Shown piece by piece: positions 55,110-64,000 of a stretch of 64,000 nt of DNA. Every line of letters begins with the position of its first letter. Position 1 is the stretch's first letter. The notes beneath the pieces were generated by a model. The model had not been told where the DNA came from and did no database searches. It was given only the letters and a program-made list of their open reading frames with translations. The position numbers were made by a program, and so were the translations under genes. This DNA is from Auanema rhodensis (Eukaryota; Animalia; Nematoda). The stretch is taken from the NCBI GenBank assembly GCA_964057225.1, contig OZ059894.1, forward strand, positions 20,398,001 to 20,462,000. The letters are read 5' to 3'.

Positions 55110-58100
55110 TACAAAAATTAGTTATGATCGTTTGAAAAATGATCCATTAGTGTATGTTGAGTTTCCATGTACACTCAACATTGCTTCCAAAAACATTTTA
55201 ACAAAAATTTTTTCGAAAAATTTCAAAATAAATTAGCAAAAAGTAGATGTTTTTAGATTCCTTTTTTCAAGGCAAAGACGATAGACAATGTTATTCAACT
55301 AAAAAATTAATTCTTCAGGGTGAAAATCGAGGATATAAGTGTGAACTTATATCAGTTGATATCTCGGTGCATTTTTAAGATAGCGCGAATCTAATAACAC
55401 AGATCGACGCAGCTTAAAAATCCGCATCGAATGCACTATACTACATTGAGAAACGCTTAATACAAAAATTAGTTATGATCGTTTGAAAAATGATCCATTA
55501 GTGTATGTTGAGTTTCCATGTACACTCAACATTGCTTCCAAAAACATTTTAACAAAAATTTTTTCGAAAAATTTCAAAATAAATTAGCAAAAAGTAGATG
55601 TTTTTAGATTCCTTCTTTCAAGGCAAAGACGATGGACAATGTTATTCAACGAAAAATTTAATTCTTCAGGGTGAAAATCGAGGATATAAGTGTGAACTTA
55701 TATCAGTTGATATCTCGGTGCATTTTTAAGCTAGCGCGAATCTAATAACACAGATCGACGCAGCTTAAAAATCCGCATCGAATGCACTATACTACATTGA
55801 GAAACGCTTAATACAAAAATTAGTTATGATCGTTTGAAAAATGATCCATTAGTGTATGTTGAGTTTCCATGTACACTCAACATTGCTTCCAAAAACATTT
55901 TAACAAAAATTTTTTCGAAAAATTTCAAGATAAATTAGCAAAAAGTAGATGTTTTTAGATTCCTTCTTTCAAGGCAAAGACGATGGACAATGTTATTCAA
56001 CGAAAAAATTAATTCTTCAGGGTGAAAATCGAGGATATAAGTGTGAACTTATATCAGTTGATATCTCGGTGCATTTTTAAGCTAGCGCAAATCTGATAAC
56101 ACAGATCGACGCAGCTTAAAAATCCGCATCGAATGCACTATACTACATTGAGAAACGCTTAATACAAAAATTAGTTATGATCGTTTGAAAAATGATGCAT
56201 TACTGTATGTTGAGTTTCCATGTACACTCAACATTGCTTCCAAAAACATTTTGACAAAAATTTTTTCGAAAAATTTCAAAATAAATTAGCAAAAAATAGA
56301 TGTTTTTAGATTCTTTTTTTCAAGGCAAAGACGATGGACAATGTTATTCAACGAAAAAAATAATTCTTCAGGGTGAAAATCGAGGATATAAGTGTGAACT
56401 TATATCAGTTGATATCTCGGTGCATTTTTAAGCTAGCGCGAATCTGATAACACAGATCGACGCAGCTTAAAAATCCGCATCGAATGCACTATACTACATT
56501 GAGAAACGCTTAATACAAAAATTAGTTATGATCGTTTGAAAAATGATCCATTAGTGTATGTTGAGTTTCCATGTACACTCAACATTGCTTCCAAAAACAT
56601 TTTGACAAAAATTTTTTCGAAAAATTTCAAAATAAATTAGCAAAAAGTAGATGTTTTTAGATTCCTTTTTTCAAGGCAAAGACGATGGACAATGTTATTC
56701 AACTAAAAAATTAATTCTTCAGGGTGAAAATCGAGGATATAAGTGTGAACTTATATCAGTTGATATCTCGGTGCATTTTTAAGCTAGCGCGAATCTGATA
56801 ACACAGATCGACGCAGCTTAAGAATCCGCATCAAATGCACTATACTACATTGAGAAACGCTTAATACAAAAATTAGTTATGATCGTTTGAAAAATGATGC
56901 ATTAGTTTATGTTGAGTTTCCATGTACACTCAACATTGCTTCCAAAAACATTTTGACAAAAATTTTTTCGAAAAATTTCAAAATAAATTAGCAAAAAGTA
57001 GATGTTTTTAGATTCCTTTTTTCAAGGCAAAGACGATGGACAATGTTATTCAACGAAAAAATTAATTCTTCAGGGTGAAAATCGAGGATATAAGTGTGAA
57101 CTTATATCAGTTGATATCTCGGTGCATTTTTAAGCTAGCGCAAATCTGATAACACATATCGACGCAGCTTAAAAATCCGCATCGAATGCACTATACTACA
57201 TTGAGAAACGCTGAATACAAAAATTAGTTATGATCGTTTGAAAAATGATGCATTACTGTATGTTGAGTTTCCATGTACACTCAACATTGCTTCCAAAAAC
57301 ATTTTGACAAAAATGTTTTCGAAAAATTTCAGAATAAATTAGCAAAAAGTAGATGTTTTTAGATTCCTTTTTTCAAGGCAAAGACGATGGACAATGTTAT
57401 TCAACGAAAAAATTAATTCTTCAGGGTGAAAATCGAGGATATAAGTGTGAACTTATATCAGTTGATATCTCGGTGCATTTTTAAGCTAGCGCAAATCTGA
57501 TAACACAGAACGACGCAGCTTAAAAATCCGCATCGAATGCACTATACTACATTGAGAAACGCTTAATACAAAAATTAGTTATGATCGTTTGAAAAATGAT
57601 GCATTAGTGTATGTTGAGTTTCCATGTACACTCAACATTGCTTCCAAAAACATTTTGACAAAAATTTTTTCGAAAAATTTCAAAATAAATTAGCAAAAAG
57701 TAGATGTTTTTAGATTCCTTTTTTCAAGGCAAAGACGATGGACAATGTTATTCAACGAAAAAATTAATTCTTCAGGGTGAAAATCGAGGATATAAGTGTG
57801 AACTTATATCAGTTGATATCTCGGTGCATTTTTAAGCTAGCGCAAATCTGATAACACAGATCGACGCAGCTTAAAAATCCGCATCGAATGCACTATACTA
57901 CATTGAGAAACGCTTAATACAAAAATTAGTTATGATCGTTTGAAAAATGATGCATTAGTGTATGTTGAGTTTCCATGTACACTCAACATTGCTTCCAAAA
58001 ACATTTTGACAAAAATTTTTTCGAAAAATTTCAAAATAAATTAGCAAAAAGTAGATGTTTTTAGATTCCTTTTTTCAAGGCAAAGACGATGGACAATGTT

Positions 58101-59321
58101 ATTCAACGAAAAAATTAATTCTTCAGGGTGAAAATCGAGGATATAAGTGTAAACTTATATCAGTTGATATCTCGGTGCATTTTTAAGCTAGCGCAAATCT
58201 GATAACACAGATCGACGCAGCTTAAAAATCCGCATCGAATGCACTATACTACATTGAGAAACGCTTAATACAAAAATTAGTTATGATCGTTTGAAAAATG
58301 ATGCATTAGTTTATGTTGAGTTTCCATGTACACTCAACATTGCTTCCAAAAACATTTTGACAAAAATTTTTTCGAAAAATTTCAAAATAAATTAGCAAAA
58401 AGTAGATGTTTTTAGATTCCTTTTTTCAAGGCAAAGACGATGGACAATGTTATTCAACGAAAAAATTAATTCTTCAGGGTGAAAATCGAGGATATAAGTG
58501 TGAACTTATATCAGTTGATATCTCGGTGCATTTTTAAGCTAGCGCAAATCTGATAACACAGAACGACGCAGCTTAAAAATCCGCATCGAATGCACTATAC
58601 TACATTGAGAAACGCTTAATACAAAATTTAGTTATGATTGTTTGAAAAATGATGCATTAGTGTATGTTGAGTTTCCATGTACACTCAACATTGCTTCCAA
58701 AAACATTTTGACAAAAATTTTTTCGAAAAATTTCAAAATAAATTAGCAAAAAGTAGATGTTTTCAGATTCCTTTTTTCAAGGCAAAGACGATGGACAATG
58801 TTATTCAACGAAAAAATTAATTCTTCAGGGTGAAAATCGAGGATATAAGTGTAAACTTATATCAGTTGATATCTCGGTGCATTTTTAAGCTAGCGCAAAT
58901 CTGATAACACAGATCGACGCAGCTTAAAAATCCGCATCGAATGCACTATACTACATTGAGAAACGCTTAATACAAAAATTAGTTATGATCGTTTGAAAAA
59001 TGATGCATTAGTTTATGTTGAGTTTCCATGTACACTCAACATTGCTTCCAAAAACATTTTGACAAAAATTTTTTCGAAAAATTTCAAAATAAATTAGCAA
59101 AAAGTAGATGTTTTTAGATTCCTTTTTTCAAGGCAAAGACGATAGACAATGTTATTCAACTAAAAAATTAATTCTTCAGGGTGAAAATCGAGGATATAAG
59201 TGTGAACTTATATCAGTTGATATCTCGGTGCATTTTTAAGCTAGCGCGAATCTGATAACACAGATCGACGCAGCTTAAAAATCCGCATCGAATGCACTAT
59301 ACTACATTGAGAAACGCTTAA

Positions 59322-62300
59322 TACAAAAATTAGTTATGATCGTTTGAAAAATGATGCATTAGTGTATGTTGAGTTTCCATGTACACTCAACATTGCTTCC
59401 AAAAACATTTTGACAAAAATTTTTTCGAAAAATTTCAAAATAATTTAGCAGAAAGTAGATGTTTTTAGATTCCTTTTTTCAAGGCAAAGACGATGGACAA
59501 TGTTATTCAACGAAAAAATTAATTCTTCAGGGTGAAAATCGAGGATATAAGTGTGAACTTATATCAGTTGATATCTCGGTGCATTTTTAAGCTAGCGCAA
59601 ATCTGATAACACAGATCGACGCAGCTTAAAAATCCGCATCGAATGCACTATACTACATTGAGAAACGCTTAATACAAAAATTAGTTATGATCGTTTGAAA
59701 AATGATGCATTACTGTATGTTGAGTTTCCATGTACACTCAACATTGCTTCCAAAAACATTTTGACAAAAATTTTTTCGAAAAATTTCAAAATAAATTAGC
59801 AAAAAATAGATGTTTTTAGATTCCTTTTTTCAAGGCAAAGACGATGGACAATGTTATTCAACGAAAAAAATAATTCTTCAGGGTGAAAATCGAGGATATA
59901 AGTGTGAACTTATATCAGTTGATATCTCGGTGCATTTTTAAGCTAGCGCAAATCTGATAACACAGATCGACGCAGCTTAAAAATTCGCATCGAATGCACT
60001 ATACTACATTGAGAAACGCTTAATACAAAAATTAGTTATGATCGTTTGAAAAATGATGCATTAGTGTATGTTGAGTTTCCATGTACACTCAACATTGCTT
60101 CCAAAAACATTTTGACAAAAATTTTTTCGAAAAATTTCAAAATAATTTAGCAGAAAGTAGATGTTTTTAGATTCCTTTTTTCAAGGCAAAGACGATGGAC
60201 AATGTTATTCAACGAAAAAATTAATTCTTCAGGGTGAAAATCGAGGATATAAGTGTGAACTTATATCAGTTGATATCTCGGTGCATTTTTAAGCTAGCGC
60301 AAATCTGATAACACAGATCGACGCAGCTTAAAAGTCCGCATCGAATGCACTATACTACATTGAGAAACGCTTAATACAAAAATTAGTTATGATCGTTTGA
60401 AAAATGATGCATTAGTGTATGTTGAGTTTCCATGTACACTCAACATTGCTTCCAAAAACATTTTGACAAAAATTTTTTCGAAACATTTCGAAATAATTTA
60501 GCAAAAAGTAGATGTTTTTAGATTCCTTTTTCTAAGGTAAAGACGATGGACAATGTTATTCAACGAAAAAATTAACTCTTCAGGGTGAAAATCGAGGATA
60601 TAAGTGTGAACTTATATCAGTTGATATCTCGGTGCATTTTTAAGCTAGCGCAAATCTGATAACACAGATCGACGCAGCTTAAAAATCCGCATTGAATGCA
60701 CTATACTACATTGAGAAACGCTTAATACAAAAATTAGTTATGATCGTTTGAAAAATGATGCATTAGTGTATGTTGAGTTTCCATGTACACTCAACATTGC
60801 TTCCAAAAACATTTTGACAAAAATTTTTTCGAAAAATTTCAAAATAAATTAGCAAAAAATAGATGTTTTTAGATTCCTTTTTTCAAGGCAAAGACGATGG
60901 ACAATGTTATTCAACGAAAAAAATAATTCTTCAGGGTGAAAATCGAGGATATAAGTGTGAACTTATATCAGTTGATATCTCGGTGCATTTTTAAGCTAGC
61001 GCAAATCTGATAACACAGATCGACGCAGCTTAAAAGTCCGCATCGAATGCACTATACTACATTGAGAAACGCTTAATACAAAAATTAGTTATGATCGTTT
61101 GAAAAATGATGCATTAGTGTATGTTGAGTTTCCATGTACACTCAACATTGCTTCCAAAAACATTTTGACAAAAATTTTTTCGAAACATTTCGAAATAATT
61201 TAGCAAAAAGTAGATGTTTTTAGATTCCTTTTTCTAAGGTAAAGACGATGGACAATGTTATTCAACGAAAAAATTAACTCTTCAGGGTGAAAATCGAGGA
61301 TATAAGTGTGAACTTATATCAGTTGATATCTCGGTGCATTTTTAAGCTAGCGCAAATCTGATAACACAGATCGACGCAGCTTAAAAATCCGCATTGAATG
61401 CACTATACTACATTGAGAAACGCTTAATACAAAAATTAGTTATGATCGTTTGAAAAATGATGCATTAGTGTATGTTGAGTTTCCATGTACACTCAACATT
61501 GCTTCCAAAAACATTTTGACAAAAATTTTTTCGAAAAATTTCAAAATAATTTAGCAAAAAGTAGATGTTTTTAGATTCCTTTTTTCAAGGCAAAGACGAT
61601 GGACAATGTTATTCAACGAAAAAAATAATTCTTCAGGGTGAAAATCGAAGATATAAGTGTGAACTTATATCAGTTGATATCTCGGTGCATTTTTAAGCTA
61701 GCGCAAATCTGATAACACAGATCGACGCAGCTTAAAAATTCGCATCGAATGCACTATACTACATTGAGAAACGCTTAATACAAAAATTAGTTATGATCGT
61801 TTGAAAAATGATGCATTAGTGTATGTTGAGTTTCCATGTACACTCAACATTGCTTCCAAAAACATTTTGACAAAAATTTTTTCGAAAAATTTCAAAATAA
61901 TTTAGCAGAAAGTAGATGTTTTTAGATTCCTTTTTTCAAGGCAAAGACGATGGACAATGTTATTCAACGAAAAAATTAATTCTTCAGGGTGAAAATCGAG
62001 GATATAAGTGTGAACTTATATCAGTTGATATCTCGGTGCATTTTTAAGCTAGCGCAAATCTGATAACACAGATCGACGCAGCTTAAAAGTCCGCATCGAA
62101 TGCACTATACTACATTGAGAAACGCTTAATACAAAAATTAGTTATGATCGTTTGAAAAATGATGCATTAGTGTATGTTGAGTTTCCATGTACACTCAACA
62201 TTGCTTCCAAAAACATTTTGACAAAAATTTTTTCGAAACATTTCGAAATAATTTAGCAAAAAGTAGATGTTTTTAGATTCCTTTTTCTAAGGTAAAGACG

Positions 62301-64000
62301 ATGGACAATGTTATTCAACGAAAAAATTAACTCTTCAGGGTGAAAATCGAGGATATAAGTGTGAACTTATATCAGTTGATATCTCGGTGCATTTTTAAGC
62401 TAGCGCAAATCTGATAACACAGATCGACGCAGCTTAAAAATCCGCATTGAATGCACTATACTACATTGAGAAACGCTTAATACAAAAATTAGTTATGATC
62501 GTTTGAAAAATGATGCATTAGTGTATGTTGAGTTTCCATGTACACTCAACATTGCTTCCAAAAACATTTTGACAAAAATTTTTTCGAAAAATTTCAAAAT
62601 AATTTAGCAAAAAGTAGATGTTTTTAGATTCCTTTTTTCAAGGCAAAGACGATGGACAATGTTATTCAACGAAAAAAATAATTCTTCAGGGTGAAAATCG
62701 AAGATATAAGTGTGAACTTATATCAGTTGATATCTCGGTGCATTTTTAAGCTAGCGCACATCTGATAACCCAGATCGACGCAGCTTAAAAATCCGCATCG
62801 AATGCACTGTACTACATTGAGAAACGCTTAATACAAAAATTAGTTATGATCGTTTGAAAAATGATGCATTAGTGTATGTTGAGTTTCCATGTACACTCAA
62901 CATTGCTTCCAAAAACATTTTGACAAAAATTTTTTCGAAAAATTTCAAAATAATTTAGCAAAAAGTAGATGTTTTTAGATTCCTTTTTTCAAGGCAAAGA
63001 CGATGGACAATGTTATTCAACGAAAAAAATAATTCTTCAGGGTGAAAATCGAAGATATAAGTGTGAACTTATATCAGTTGATATCTCGGTGCATTTTTAA
63101 GCTAGCGCAAATCTGATAACACAGATCGACGCAGCTTAAAAATTCGCATCGAATGCACTATACTACATTGAGAAACGCTTAATACAAAAATTAGTTATGA
63201 TCGTTTGAAAAATGATGCATTAGTGTATGTTGAGTTTCCATGTACACTCAACATTGCTTCCAAAAACATTTTGACAAAAATTTTTTCGAAAAATTTCAAA
63301 ATAATTTAGCAGAAAGTAGATGTTTTTAGATTCCTTTTTTCAAGGCAAAGACGATGGACAATGTTATTCAACGAAAAAATTAACTCTTCAGGGTGAAAAT
63401 CGAGGATATAAGTGTGAACTTATATCAGTTGATATCTCGGTGCATTTTTAAGCTAGCGCAAATCTGATAACACAGATCGACGCAGCTTAAAAATCCGCAT
63501 CGAATGCACTATACTACATTGAGAAACGCTTAATACAAAAATTAGTTATGATCGTTTGAAAAATGATGCATTAGTGTATGTTGAGTTTCCATGTACACTC
63601 AACATTGCTTCCAAAAACATTTTGACAAAAATTTTTTCGAAAAATTTCAAAATAATTTAGCAGAAAGTAGATGTTTTTAGATTCCTTTTTTCAAGGCAAA
63701 GACGATGGACAATGTTATTCAACGAAAAAATTAACTCTTCAGGGTGAAAATCGAGGATATAAGTGTGAACTTATATCAGTTGATATCTCGGTGCATTTTT
63801 AAGCTAGCGCAAATCTGATAACACAGATCGACGCAGCTTAAAAATCCGCATCGAATGCACTATACTACATTGAGAAACGCTTAATACAAAAATTAGTTAT
63901 GATCGTTTGAAAAATGATGCATTAGTGTATGTTGAGTTTCCATGTACACTCAACATTGCTTCCAAAAACATTTTGACAAAAATTTTTTCGAAAAATTTCA
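59322..64000. repeat. Right haplotype domain
   Basis: The CAACT, GCGCG, TTAAGAAT and CATCA alleles are lost. Gained alleles are AATAATTTAGCAG, AAAAGTCC, TCTAAGGT, TTAACTC, GCATTGAAT and ATCGAAGAT. Confidence 0.8.

Larger units (their letters stand above)
11944..59321. repeat. Central haplotype domain with recurrent monomer types and variable higher-order repeats
   Basis: Dominant alleles are CTTAAGAATCC, GCATCAAAT, CAACT, GCGCG, AGTTT, CATATCG, GCTGAAT, TTACTG, TTCAGAAT, CAGAACG and GATAGAC, in fixed combinations and recurring order. Boundaries are gradual. Confidence 0.8.
1..64000. repeat. Tandem satellite DNA array, 351-bp monomer, ~182.3 copies, head-to-tail, single orientation
   Basis: TACA(A/G)AAATTAGTTATGATCG recurs at 1, 352, 703, 1054, 1405 ... 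63885. 63884 = 182 x 351 + 2, which matches the indels seen (+3, +3, +2, +1 and seven 1-bp deletions). The consensus has 110 G+C in 351 bp by hand count. No non-repeat sequence seen. Confidence 0.99.

Noticed and set aside
1-64000. Giant repetitive protein gene (351 = 117 codons, frame-preserving)
   Set aside because: Hand translation of the consensus shows stops in all six frames (e.g. + strand TAG at 10-12, TGA at 24-26 and TAG at 125-127; one minus frame read in full has four stops, and the other two also contain stops).
1-64000. CRISPR array (palindromic 22-28-bp repeated units)
   Set aside because: The sequence between the palindromes is itself repeated; there are no unique spacers and no cas genes.
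1-64000. Assignment to a named satellite family or species (e.g. ~350-360-bp insect satellites)
   Set aside because: Similar length and AT content are not diagnostic, and I do not recognise the sequence. A database search is required.

Overview
The whole 64,000-bp window is one uninterrupted head-to-tail tandem array (satellite DNA) of a 351-bp, ~31% GC monomer. It holds 182 complete copies (1-63884) plus a 116-bp partial copy (63885-64000), all in one orientation and open at both window edges. I found no genes, RNA genes, CRISPR spacers, inserted elements or unique sequence, and all six reading frames contain stops in the consensus monomer. Copies typically differ from consensus at only a few positions. 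I cannot name the family or host; size, AT-richness and homogeneity fit a eukaryotic (peri)centromeric or heterochromatic satellite. The interesting structure lies at two scales. (1) Within the monomer, much of the sequence belongs to short or nested inverted repeats (positions 45-72, 68-80/173-183, 100-111, 205-215, 223-244, 258-327, 336-352). (2) Across the array, shared SNP haplotypes define a left domain (to ~11.6 kb), a central domain with an emerging 5-monomer higher-order repeat and multi-kb block duplications (~11.9-59.3 kb), and a right domain (from ~59.3 kb). The two flanks share alleles that the centre lacks, and monomer length is tightly conserved. The sequence does not support a novel gene-encoded system. 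Variant calls were made by eye and need alignment to confirm.
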